NCBI GenBank assembly: GCA_040954595.2
Contig: CM082580.2
Coordinates: 6,889,519-6,953,518, forward strand
Origin: Balanoglossus misakiensis
Taxonomy: Eukaryota; Animalia; Hemichordata
Direction of reading: 5' to 3'
Length of the DNA: 64,000 bases
A program made the translations under genes and the position numbers. Under the pieces are notes generated by a model that was not told where the DNA came from, did no database searches, and saw only the letters and a list, made by a program, of their open reading frames with translations. This document shows positions 1-13,044 of the stretch, one piece after another; position 1 is the stretch's first letter, and each line of letters begins with the position of its first letter.

Positions 1-546
1 TACGGTAAGAGTGGCAGTCAAAGTTGAGACCGCATTTAGTTGGTTTTTATGATGATCTTCATGAAACAAATCATTGGGTATTTTTGATCTCAAGGGAAAA
101 TCACGAATGGTTTGGTACTGGAATGCTGTGCCATTATTTAAATAATAATTATAGCAGAATGAACGATTTGGAACATCCTATTGTTCTATATGGGATTTCA
201 TCATTGAGAGGGATTACCCCCAAACCCTCAACTGCTAAAATTGTAAGACGGTTTGAAATGTAGGACTTTCTTACACACAACTGCCACATTCCAAAGGGAA
301 GTGAGATATAATACCGAGAAAATTTATTACCTACTGAACAAATAAAGGTCAACATAATTGTGTGTAGATTGCAGGTGAAATCTCGCAGGGTGTTTGAAAA
401 CAGTCCCTTGAAACAACAAGTGTCATTGTACTGCATTATTAGTTGCAGTGAAAAAAATTCAATTGACATGGTTTTCTTTGCACTGTGGGCCAAGTTTCAC
501 CTATTTTGAGAGTCATTTTTTTTATCCCCTTTCCTCGACGCGTCAG

Positions 547-2713
547 CTTCTTCAAAGAGAGTACGGCAGTCTGCTGATGGACACCCCGGAAGCGGGCCAC
601 AATGTGTCGCTACTGTTTGACCTTGAAAACATCCCAGAAAACAAGGAAGAGGTGATCAAGAAGGCTGGCCTCCTCAAGCGCCACTGTTTTGCGTCGGTCT
701 TCGAGAAGTATTTCGACTTCCAGGAGAAGGAGGAGACCGGCGTGGAGAGGGCGGTCGTTCACTACAGAGATGACGAAACAATGTGAGTAGTCAGTACCCG
801 CCAGCTTGGTTAGATGCAGTTTACAGGAACCTGTATAGAAATGTAGAGCTTCAGTGTTTGCTTATGTTCGCTTTTTCCTGATGTGTGAAGCTTGGGGAAG
901 TGCAGTTTTTTTTTGTTCCCTGAAAATAACAAGTGGTCTTGGCAGCCAAAAGACTGAACAAAACATTAGCCCAGTGTTATCTAATCATCACTACTGTCCA
1001 TGTAACTCGTGCTGCTGTGTATGTAGCCTGTGCTAAATTGTGAGTGTTCTAGGTTAGCCAAGAGCTTACCCAGTGTGAAATTTAGTTCCACCCTGTACTA
1101 CTGGAAGACCTAGATGTTATGTTTGTTCTGTCCCAGGTACGTGCAAGCGCAACCAGATCGTGTAACAGTGGTGTTCAGTACCGTCTTCAAAGACGATGAC
1201 GATGTTATCATCGGAAAAGTCTTCATGCAGGTAAGATTTCAAAAGATAGATCTAATTGGTGGTGTAACTATCAGTAGCTTACTCGGAGCACCCTAATGAC
1301 ACCTTGCGTGAGCCGTCAAGACTCGCATGTAGTCGCTGAACTTTTATTTTGTGTTAATGTCGCAGGAGTTCAAAGAAGGCCGCCGTGCGAGTCACACAGC
1401 ACCACAAGTTCTGTTCAGCCACAAAGAGCCGCCACTTGAATTGCAGAACACGGACGCTGCAACAGGGGACAACATTGGATACATTACATTCGGTGAGTCG
1501 ACCCGTCGTGACTGCGAGTCTCAGTTCTGTGTTCCCCATTAATTTTGAAGCGTGGGTTTGAAAATTTGCACCGAGTTACAGGCATTGGTTGCATGTGTAG
1601 TTTAGTATGTGCTGAGATAACAGGTGTACTAATGTTGTTGTTGTTGTTCCATCGCAGTGTTGGAGCCCAGACATACAAACAGAAATGCCAGAGACAGCAC
1701 CATTGATCACATCCACATCTTCAGAGATTATCTCCACTATCATATTAAATGTTCTAAGGTAAGAGGGTTGCAAGAAATGTGTTACAAGGTGTGGTGGATT
1801 AGTATGCGAATGTCTCAGATTTGACCGCCAGTTGCAAGGCATTTATTTTTTCCCCCAACCCCGCGAAGTCATATTAAAACAGGAAACATGAGGTATTGCC
1901 ATCGCTCTTACTATACATAATAGTCATGAAGGAATTTTTCAGTGCTGATTGCCAGTCTTTCATCGACACCAGAGAGCTGATGTGCAGTGGTCTCGCCAAT
2001 CTGCTTAAAATCAGCTGCAGAGATTGGCGACGTCTCACTCGAGAAAAGTGCATGCGTGTGCAGGAATAGAACAAGTTAGATCCAGCTTTGCATCATTTAC
2101 TGAATTTTTTCTGGTCTCCGCAACTGGCTTACTTTACCAATGATGCATTGGGTTCCAGGCATATATCCACAGCCGAATGCGCGCCAAGACCTCGGAGTTC
2201 TTGAAAGTTCTCAACAGAGCAAGGCCGGAGTCAGAGGTGAAAGAGAAGAAGACAATAACGTGAGTGTTTAAATATGATTCGTTTAACCCTTTCACCCCCA
2301 GTTCCCTCTTTAGAAGTCCAACCTTGCCATAGAAAACAATGGATTTGGACTAAACCAAGGTGATGAAAGGGTAAAGCACCAGGGAACTGATATATTCAGA
2401 CAAATCAACGTTCTTTCAGTCATTCCATTCTCTGATATTGAATTGTATCATTGTCCCCAATGAAGTCGAGGTTCGGATTGTGATTTTGTTCCCAAGAAAA
2501 TGTCAGTGATTTTCATCACAAAGTTAGGTAGCTATTTTCATATGCAGATGCTGGTAAATTGGAGACAGTTCTGTAATTAAAAAAATTATGTGTAATAAGC
2601 TTGTCTTTTTGGTTGAATTACCCGAGTTGTTTGTGATGTCTTGGCGTTAATCTTGTCGTCTTATACGTACGTTTTCATCTCGTTTCAGGGGAAGAACGTT
2701 CGTGCGAAACTGA
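547..2713 (+). CDS. ARPC2: Arp2/3 complex subunit 2 (p34-Arc), 5'-partial, six exons in window
   Basis: Exons ~547-782, 1137-1230, 1366-1492, 1658-1758, 2159-2259, 2689-2713 join in frame over GT-AG introns. Peptides [80 protein letters not shown] match ARPC2; ends TGRTFVRN*. Confidence 0.97.
2287..2371. mobile_element. ~85-bp piggyBac-like MITE (TTAA|CCCT...AGGG|T(T)AA)
   Basis: Terminal inverted repeats aaccctttcacc / ggtgatgaaagggt. Near-identical copy at ~35213-35299; related copies or ends at ~20274-20385, ~23968-24020, ~57357-57390, ~63320-63373. Confidence 0.65.
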
Positions 2714-4513
2714 AATGACTGATTACCACACCGCAGACCAACACGTGAAGTGGCCAGAAGAGAATATATTGTGATTCATTTGAAATACTTAAGAAATTAT
2801 TAAGTGGCATCAGTTCGAATCCCGGTGACATTTGAAGCTATCAAATTCACACTGAGTGCCGAGAAAATCAAAGGAAATATACTTTGTAAAGTTTTTCAGT
2901 GTAGTTGTGAGGAATAGGGAAACGACTAGTGGGGGACAGATCCCATGGCATCTATCTAATGAAGAGAGAAATGCAGCAAAACTTGTCAAAATGGAACATT
3001 TGCACACAAGAGAATAATAAGTACGATGTGTGAAATCTTTCAGGACGTTAGGAGCAAATAGAAATCAAAGCTTTGTTCCTGGAATCAGATGGTTCATTTT
3101 GACAGGTTTGGCCCATTTTTTTCGCCCATTGATTGGGCAAAATAGCTACTTGGATATCGGGTCCTACGTTTTATATAGTGGGGCAAATCAGAGATTATGC
3201 ATACAATTTGACAGCATTGCTTTTGCAAGTTAGGATATAATTTTTTTTTACCACAACCTTCCTTTGATGTGGGAATATTCAGAGTTCGTTAACATGTTAT
3301 ACGGTAACTGGGGATATCGAAAGTCCCTGACTGATGTTTTGTGATTATGGTGATTGTGAGCTCGCTGGTAAAATTGAGATTACACAGCGGACGATGATAA
3401 TTTTGGAAATAGCATTTTTGATTTTTGTGCGACTTGGTCGTACCACAGCAAAAGCCCTGAGCGACGCTTGCAGTACGTCATTACCATGTACTCGGCCATT
3501 CTGGGTGATCATATCGTTTGCAGTGGGTCTCTTCATTTCATCAGCAACGTAGGGGTGTCAGCCACACGTCCCTCGCACATCATCCACCCTTGGAGCTAGC
3601 ACAAAATTGCAAATGATATGCGATGTTCAACAGAATAGGTCCTTCAAGCAGAGTCCAACTTACCAGCAGATTCTGTACGCACCAGTCATGTCTACAGAAA
3701 TCAAGTAGGGACTGAAGAATTTTTCGGTTTCTAAACGGCAATCTGAAGCAATTAGATTTAGATATTGACAACATTCATATGGTTTCGATCAAACACATGC
3801 GATTGGTCTCATGGTGCTTTTTTTTAAAAACAACATATTACAGTTTATTCTGAACTATTTTGTATAGTGCTGTTACTTTCTGGTGAATTCTCTGTACATA
3901 CTTCTAGGGTGACTGGGTTGGAAGTTCATGACCATGGCAGTATTAATGTCAAATCACAAAATAACAACTGTGTCGGAGAAATGAACAACCCACCCCCCAC
4001 TCCGTCAAATCAGCAAATGGAAGTGCCCCAGTTACTCTCCCTGTGTTGTTTGAAAGTGGGAGTTAATTGGTTTTCGTGACTGGCCACAACGTTATCATGA
4101 CATGTGCACAGTTTCAGCGGCAATGCTGATATTGCTGGAGTTTGTACGGTAATAAAAAACACCCCTCTCTGCTCACATTACATGCTGTCAATAAATAATG
4201 TACTGGGGTTTAACTTTAGGCAGTCCGATTTTGTTTTAAACATACTTTTTTCATATATTTCAGGAGGGAAATACAAATAAATATAGTACGTAAACAAGGA
4301 CTGGTTTCAGTTTCATGAAATACAGAATTGGCACAAGGCAAATAGTGATACATATCCCTTTCACTCAAGGTCATTATTCTCACTAGAGTGCCCTCGGACG
4401 ACTGTGTTTTCTTCCTGTCCCCAGAGACTTCTTTTATGCAGGTGTGATTGATCCAAGCTGGCCAGGCCAGTGTTAAACTATTAGAACTTTGCTGGTATTT
4501 GCATATACATGTA

Positions 4514-5940
4514 TTTAGGGCACAAGCCAAGCAGGCTTGTGCCCTATTGGTATTACTGGGGTTTTTAGGGCACAAGCCAAGCAGGCTTGTGCCCTATTGG
4601 TATTACTGGGGTTTTTTAGGGCACAAGCCAAGCAGGCTTGTGCCCTATTGGTATTACTGGGGTTTTTCATCTTTTTTTTTTTTTTCTTGTGTAGTTTTTT
4701 TGCTCAGGTAGATCTTGAAAACGGCTGAACCTACAAATCTCAAACTTGGCACAATGGTGCAGGTCTATGAGAGCTCGTGCAGTACCCTCGTGAATGTGTA
4801 ATTAGTCACATGACCTGATGACCATATATGGGCAAAGTTTTCAAATGGGCCTAATTTGCATATGAATGATGATATCAAAATTCTGTGCAATCATTTTGCG
4901 GACCATATGGTCAGTGTCCTACATGCTAAATTTCAAGGCTCTGGGCAAAGTCAATTTTGAGAAGAAGATTTTTAAATATTATATTTCATATTTTTTGGAC
5001 CCAGCCATAGGCCTATACTTTCTATAGTTAAGCTATGATGCTATGTCCACATCTGTGCAATGGTCCTGTACTGTGACTCTCTATTGGCCCGTGAGCAGAA
5101 TGGGACCAAAATAAAAGGCAAAATTTTGGGCTCACCTGTAACACCTGCTTAACTCATTAATTATGTGCATACCTAATTCTGGGCTAACTAATAGGGCTAG
5201 AGGTTTTGTGCTTGTGGGACATGGACCAGTAAAGGGTAAAAAAAAAATTGCCCAAATTTTTGGTGACCTCAGGTGACCTTTGACCTACTTTCCTATATCT
5301 CGGCATCCAGAGCAGGTACAGACTTGGCGTTTGGAGGGTTGGGACTAAAATTTAAAAGCCAAAATTGAGGGTCACCTGTGACACCTGCTTACCTCATTAA
5401 TTATGTGCATACCTAATTCCAGGCCAACCAATAGGACTAGAGGTTTGGTTATTGCTGAACATGAACCAGTATGGGGTCAAAATTTCTTGCCCAAATTTTG
5501 GGTGACCTCAGGTGACCTTTGACCTACTTTACCATATCTCGGCATGCACAGCAGCTACAGCCTTGGCATTTGGAGGGATGGAACTCCTAATGGAGCCTTA
5601 TACTTTACCTCATTAATTATGTGCATATATAAATCTAGGCGAACCAATAGGGCTAGAGGTCTGGTTTTTGTTGGACCTGGACTAGTATGGGGTCAAAATT
5701 TTTTGCCCAAATTTTGGGTGACCACATATGACCTTTGACCTTCGGCTTAAGCTTGTGCCCGTCATCGCTGCTTGCAGCTATATTTAGGGCACAAGCGCCC
5801 TCAGGCGCTTGTGCCCTATTGGTTTTACCCTGTTTTTTTAGGGCACAAGCCAAGCAGGCTTGTGCCCTATTGGTATTACTGGGTTTTTAGGGCACAAGCC
5901 AAGCTGGCTTGTGCCCTATTGGTATTACTGGGGTTTTTCA

Positions 5941-5971
<31 letters not shown>

Positions 5972-8900
5972 CTTGTGTAGTTTTTTTGCTCAGGTAGATC
6001 TTGAAAACGGCTGAACCTACAAATCTCAAACTTGGCACAATGGTGCAGGTCTATGAGAGCTCGTGCAGTACCCTCGTGAATGTGTAATTAGTCACATGAC
6101 CTGATGACCATATATGGGCAAAGTTTTCAAATGGGCCTAATTTGCATATGAATGACGATATCAAAATTCTGTGCAATCATTTTGCGGACCATATGGTCAG
6201 TGTCCTACATGCCAAATTTCAAGGCTCTGGGCCAAGTCAATTTTGAGAAGAAGATTTTTAAATATTATATTTCATATTTTTTGGACCCAGCCATAGGCCT
6301 ATACTTTCTATAGTTAAGCTATAATGCTATGTCCACATCTGTGCAATGGTCCTGTACTGTGACTCTCTATGTGCAAAATGGGACCAAAATAAAAGGCAAA
6401 ATTTTGGGCTCACCTGTAACACCTGCTTAACTCATTAATTATGTGCATACCTAATTCTGGGCTAACTAATAGGGCTAGAGGTTTTGTGCTTGTGGGACAT
6501 GGACCAGTATAGGGTAAAAAAAAATTGCCCAAATTTTGGGTGACCTCAGGTGACCTTTGTCCTACTTTCCTATATCTCGGCATCCAGAGCAGGTACAGAC
6601 TTGGCGTTTGGAGGGTTGGGACTAAAATTTAAAAGCCAAAATTGAGGGTCACCTGTGACACCTGCTTATCTCATTAATTATGTGCATACCTAATTCCAGG
6701 CCAACCAATAGGACTAGAGGTTTGATTTTTGCTGAACATGAACCAGTATGGGGTCAAAATTTCTTGCCCAAATTTTGGGTGACCTCAGGTGACCTTTGAC
6801 CTACTTTACCATATCTCGGCATGCACAGCAGCTACAGCCTTGGCATTTAGAGGGATGGAACTCCTGATGGAGCCTTACACTTTACCTCATTAATTATGCA
6901 CATACATAATTGTAGGCGAACCAATTGGGCTAGAGATTTTGTTCTTGTGGGACACGGACCAGTATGGGGTCAAAATTTCTTGCCCAAATTTTGGGTGACC
7001 ACTTATGACCTTTGACCTTCGGCTTAAGCTTGGGCCCGTCATCGCTGCTTGCAGCTATATTTTCTTCTTCTTTTTTTTCTTGTGTCGTTTTTTTGCCCAA
7101 CAGGATCTTGAAAACGGCTGAACCTACAAATCTCAAACTTGGCACACTGATACAGGCCTATGAGAGCTGGTGCTGTACCCTCGTGAATGTTTAATAAGTC
7201 ATGTGACCTGATGACCATATATGGGCAAAGTTTTCAAATGGGCCTAATTTGCATATGAATGGAGATATCAAAATTCTTTTAGGGATTTTTGCAGACCATG
7301 TGGTCAGTGTCCTACATGCCAAATGTCAAGGCCGTGGGCCAAGTCTATTTTGAGAAGAAGATTTTTTTATTTTTCATGTTTTTGGACCCAGCCATAGGCC
7401 TATACTTTCTATAGTTAAGCTATCACGCTATGTCCACGTTGGCTGTGCAATGGTCCTGTACAGTGACTCTCTATTGGCCCGTGAGCAGAATGGGACCACA
7501 ATAAAAGGCATAATTTTGGGCTCACCTGTAACACCTGCTTAACTCATTAAATATGTGCATACCTAATTCCAGGCTAACTAATAGGGCTAGAGGTTTTGTT
7601 CTTGTGGGACATGGACCAGTATGGGATCAAAAATTTTTGCCCAAATTTTAGGTGACCTCAGGTGACCTTTGACCTACTTTCCTATATCTCGGAATTCACA
7701 GCAGGTACAGACTTGGCGTTTGGAGGGTTGGGACTAAAATTGAAAAGCCAAAATTGGGGTCACCTGTGACACCTGCATATCTCATTAATTATGTGCATAC
7801 CTAATTCCAGGCTAACCAATAGGGCTAGAGGTTTTGTTCTTGTGGGACATGGATTAGTATGGGGTCAAAAATTTTGCCCAAATTTTGGGTGACCTCAGGT
7901 GACATTTGACCTACTTTGCTATATCTCGGCATCCAGAGCAGGTACATCATTTGTGTTTGGATGGATCGAACTATTAATGGAGTCTTCCACTTTACATCAT
8001 TAATTATGTGCATTTCTAATTTCAGACAAACCAATAGGGCTAGAGGTCAGGTTTCTGTTGGACCTGGACTAGTATGGGGGTCAAAACTTTTTGCCCAAAT
8101 TTTGGGTGACCACATATGACCTTTGACCTTCGGCTTAAGCTTGTGCCCGTCATCGCTGCTTGCAGCTATATTCTTCTACTTCTTTTTCTTGTGCAGTTTT
8201 TTTGCCAACTAGGATCTTGGAAACGGCTGAAGCTACGAATCTCAAACTTGGCACAATGGTGCAGGTCTATGAGAGCTCGTGCAGTACCCTCGTGAATGTG
8301 TAATTAGTCACATGACCTGATGACCATATATGGGCAAAGTTTTCAAATGGGCCTAATTTGCATAGTAATGGAGATATCTAAATTCTTTTAGCGATTTTAG
8401 CAGACCATGTGGTCAGTGTCCTACATGCCAAATTTCAAGGCCCTGGGCCAAGTCAAGTTTGAGAAGAAGATTTTTAAATATTATATTTCATATTTTTTGT
8501 ACCCATGAGCCTATACTGTCTTTAGTTAAGGTGTGATGCTATTCCCACATCTGTGCAATGGTCCTGTACAGTGACAGTCTATTGGCAGTGAGCAGAATGG
8601 GACCAAAATAAAAGGCAGAATTTTGGGCTCACCTGTAACACCTGCTTAACTCATTAATTATGTGCATACCTAATTCTGGGCTAACTAATAGGGCTAGAGG
8701 TTTCGTGCTTGTGGGACATGGACCATTATAGGGTCAAAATTTCTTGCCCAAATTTTGCATGACCTCAGGTGACCTTTGACCTACTTTCCTATATCTCGTC
8801 ATCCAGAGCAGGTACAGACTTTGAGTTTGGAGGGTTGGGACTATAATTGAAAAGCCAAAATTTGGGGTCACCTGTGACACCTGCTTATCTCATTAATTAT

Positions 8901-11900
8901 GTGCATACCTAATTCCAGGCTAACCAATAGGGCTAGAGGTTTGATTTTCGTTGAACGTGGACCACTATGGGATAAAATTTCTTGCCAAAATTTTGGGTGA
9001 CCTCAGGTGACCTTTGACCTACTTTTCCATATCTCGGCAACCAGAGCAGATACAGCCTTGGCATTTGGAGGGATGGAACTCCTAATGGAGCCTTACACGT
9101 TACCTCATTAATTATGTGCATACCTAATTCCAGGCTAGCCAATAGAGCTAGAGGTTTGATTTTTGTTGAACATGGACCAGTATGGGATTAAAATTTCTTG
9201 CCCAATTTTGGGTGACCTCAGGTGACCTTTGACCTACTTTCCTATATCTCGGCATCCAGAACAGGTACAGCATTTGTGTTTGGATGGATCGAACTTTTGC
9301 CCAAATTTTGGGTGACCACATATGACCTTTGACCTTCAGCTTAAGCTTGTGCCCGTCATCGCTGCTTGCAGCTATATATATATATTTTTTTTTCTTGTGT
9401 AGTTTTTTTGCTCAGTTAGATCTTGAAAACGGCTGAACCTACAAATCTCAAACTTGGCACAGTGGTGCAGGTCTATGAGAGCTCGTGCAGTACCCTCGTG
9501 AATGTGTAATTAGTCACATGACCTGATGACCATATATGGGCAAAGTTTTCAAATGGGCCTAATTTGCATATGAATGACGATATCAAAATTCTGTGCAATC
9601 ATTTTGCTGACCATATGGTCAGTGTCCTACATGCCAAATTTCAAGGCTCTGGGCCAAGTCAATTTTGAGAAGAAGATTTGTAAATATTATATTTCATATT
9701 TTTTGGACCCAGCCATAGGCCTATACTTTCTATAGTTAAGCTATGATGCTATGTCCACATCTGTGCAATGTTTAAAAGCCAAAATTGGGGGTCACCTGTG
9801 ACACCTACTTATCTCATTAATTATGTGCATACCTAATTCCAGGCCAACCAATAGGGTTATAGGTTTGGTTTCTGTTGAACATGGACCAGTATAGGGTCAA
9901 AATTTCTTGCCCAAATTTTGGGTGACCTCAGGTGACCTTTGACCTACTTTCCTATATCTCCGCTTCCAGAGCAGGTACAGATTTGGCGTTTGGAGGGTTG
10001 GGACTAAAATTTAAAAGCCAAAATTGGGGGTCACCTGTGACACCTGCTTATCTCATTAATTATGTGCATACCTAATTCCAGGCTAACCAATAGGGCTAGA
10101 GGTTTAATTTTTGCTGAACATGGACCAGTATGGGGTCAAAATTTCTTGCCCAAATTTTGGGTGACCTCAGGTGACCTTTGACCTACTTTACCATATCCCG
10201 GCATGCACAGCAGCTACAGCCTTGGCATTTGGAGGGATGGAACTCCTGATGGAGCCTTACACTTTATCTCATTAATTATGCACATACATAATTGTAGGCG
10301 AACCAATAGGGCTAGAGATTTTGTTCTTGTGGGACACGGACCAGTATGGGGTCAAAATTTCTTGCCCAAATTTTGGGTGACCACTTATGACCTCTGACCT
10401 TCGGCTTAAGCTTGGGCCCGTCATCGCTGCTTGCAGCTATATTTCATCTTTTTTTTTTTCTTGTGTAGTTTTTTTGCTCAGGTAGATCTTGAAAACGGCT
10501 GAACCTACAAATCTCAAACTTGGCACAATGGTGCAGGCCTATGAGAGCTGGTGCAGTATCCCTGCGAATGTTTAATTAGTCATGTGACCTGATGACCATA
10601 TATGGGCAAAGTTTTCAAATGGGCCTAATTTGCATATGAATGGAGATATCGAAATTCTTTTAGCAACTTTTGTGGACAATGTGATCAGTGTCCTACATGC
10701 CAAATATCAAGGCCGTGGGCCAAGTCTATTTTGAGAAGAAGACTTGTAAATATTAGTAGTTTTTCATATTTTTGGACCCAGCCATGGGCCTATACTTTCT
10801 ATAGTTAAGCTATGACGCCATGTACACGTCTGTGCAATGGTCCTGTACAGTGACTGCCTACTGGCCCGTGAGCAGAATGGGACCACATTAAAAGGCAAAA
10901 TTTCCGGCTCACCTGTAACACCTGCTAAACTCATTAATTATGTGCATACCTAATTCCGGGCTAACTAATAGGGCTAGAGGTTTCGTTCTTTTTGGTCATG
11001 GACCAGTATAGGGTCAAAATTTCTTGCCCAAATTTTGCATGACCTCATGTGACCTTTGACCTAATTTACCATATCTTGGCAACCAGAGCAGGCACAGACT
11101 TGGCGTTTGGAGGGTTGGGACTAAAATTGAAAAGCCAAAATTGGGGGTCACCTGTGACACCTGCATATCTCATTAATTATGTGCATACCTAATTCCAGGC
11201 TAACCAATAGGGCTAGAGGTTTTGTTCTTGTGGGACATGGATCAGTATGGGGTCAAAAATTTTTGCCCAAATTTTGGGTGACCTCAGGTGACATTTGACC
11301 TACTTTGCTATATCTCGGCATCCAGAACAGGTACATCATTTGTGTTTGGATGGATCGAACTATTGATAGAGTTTTACACTTTACATCATTAATTATGCAC
11401 ATATCTAATTTCAGACAAACCAATAGGGCTAGAGGTCTGGTTTCTGTTGGACCTGGACTAGTATGGGGGTCAAAACTTTTTGCAAAATTTTTGGGTGACC
11501 ACATATGACCTTTGACCTTCGGCTTAAGCTTGTGCCCGTCATCGCTGCTTGCAGCTATATTTCATCTTTTTTTTTTTTTTTTTTTTTTTTTTCTTGTGTA
11601 GTTTTTTTGCTCAGGTAGATCTTGAAAACGGCTGAACCTACAAATCTCAAACTTGGCACAATGGTGCAGGTCTATGAGAGCTCGTGCAGTACCCTCGTGA
11701 ATGTGTAATTAGTCACATGACCTGATGACCATATATGGGCAAAGTTTTCAAATGGGCCTAATTTGCATATGAATGACGATATCAAAATTCTGTGCAATCA
11801 TTTTGCGGACCATATGGTCAGTGTCCTACATGCTAAATTTCAAGGCTCTGGGCCAAGTCAATTTTGAGAAGAAGATTTTTAAATATTATATTTCATATTT

Positions 11901-12690
11901 TTTGGACCCAGCCATAGGCCTATACTTTCTATAGTTAAGCTATGATGCTATGTCCACATCTGTGCAATGGTCCTGTACTGTGACTCTCTATTGGCCCGTG
12001 AGCAAAATGGGACCAAAATAAAAGGCAAAATTTTGGGCTCACCTGTAACACCTGCTTAACTCATTAATTATGTGCATACCTAATTCTGGGCTAACTAATA
12101 GGGCTAGAGGTTTTGTGCTTGTGGGACATGGACCAGTATAGGGTAAAAAAAAAATTGCCCAAATTTTGGGTGACCTCAGGTGACCTTTGACCTACTTTCC
12201 TATATCTCGGCATCCAGAGCAGGTACAGACTTGGCGTTTGGAGGGTTGGGACTAAAATTTCAAAGCCAAAATTGAGGGTCACCTGTGACACCTGCTTATC
12301 TCATTAATTATGTGCATACCTAATTCCAGGCCAACCAATAGGACTAGAGGTTTGATTTTTGCTGAACATGAACCAGTATGGGGTCAAAATTTCTTGCCCA
12401 AATTTTGGGTGACCTCAGGTGACCTTTGACCTACTTTACCATATCTCGGCATGCACAGCAGCTACAGCCTTGGCATTTGGAGGGATGGAACTCCTGATGG
12501 AGCCTTACACTTTACCTCATTAATTATGCACATACATAATTGTAGGCGAACCAATAGGGCCAGAGATTTTGTTCTTGTGGGACACGGACCAGTATGGGGT
12601 CAACATTTCTTGCCCAAATTTTGGGTGACCACTTATGACCTTTGACCTTCGGCTTAAGCTTGGGCCCGTCATCGCTGCTTGCAGCTATAT
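4514..12690 (+). mobile_element. Cluster of Helentron-associated non-autonomous (HINE/DINE-1-like) elements: 6 head hairpins and 7 ~1.05-1.2 kb body+tail units
   Basis: Heads agggcacaagcc-aagca-ggcttgtgccct (or variants) at 4517, 4567, 4618, 5786, 5840, 5889. Tails gcttg(t/g)gccc-gtcatc-gctgcttgcagc-tata end near 5782, 7060, 8170, 9378, 10441, 11560, 12690. Subterminal inverted repeat plus 3' stem-loop, T-rich junctions, no TSD and internal ~240-bp repeats fit HINE architecture. No coding ORF. Confidence 0.8.
5150..5740 (+). repeat. Internal ~215-240-bp tandem subrepeat of the element (about 2.5-3.5 copies per unit; unit 1 shown)
   Basis: ctcattaattatgtgcat recurs at ~5153, ~5393, ~5609, each followed by aataggg/actagagg and a tgacctttgacct motif. 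The same pattern occurs in all seven units. Confidence 0.9.
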
Positions 12691-12839
12691 TCTTATTTCT
12701 GGTGTTTTTAGAGTTATTTGCCCAAAATTGGTGATACCAGACTCTGGCGTCTGTAGAAGTGAAGGAAATGCAGAGTAAAAAACCTAGTCAACAGAAAAAA
12801 AACTGCAGTTGGATAATTTCTAATATTTATTTTGAAAAT

Positions 12840-13006
12840 CAGGGGATAGCGCGAACGCAGTCCCCCACTACCATAAATTATGCACCCGAGTCACCCACAT
12901 TTGGGGTGATCGCAGACATATCAACCCTCGCGAAGTGCAATGCGCGGGCCTCATTCTGGGGGAACCACCTACATGATCATGGTTAACCCCTGTGCCAGGT
13001 AAGTAT
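12840..13006 (-). ncRNA. RNU1: U1 spliceosomal snRNA (sequence variant)
   Basis: Reverse complement begins ATACTTACCTGG. It has a stem-loop I loop GATCATGTAG, U1A loop ATTGCAC, Sm site AATTTATG and terminal stem GGGGGACTGCGTTCGCGCTATCCCCTG; 167 nt. Confidence 0.97.
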
Positions 13007-13044
13007 GCCTTGGATAACGTTCAGTGGGTCTATGTACTACTACT

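Noticed and set aside
4514-4660. CRISPR-like appearance of the 50-bp palindromic repeats (also 5786-5930)
   Set aside because: The spacers are near-identical rather than unique, the context is eukaryotic, no cas genes are present, and the repeats are explained as element heads.
4448-12645. Recurring short ORFs (60-87 aa) inside the repeat block
   Set aside because: By-products of repeated non-coding sequence; frames are not conserved between units and show no Rep, helicase or transposase motifs.
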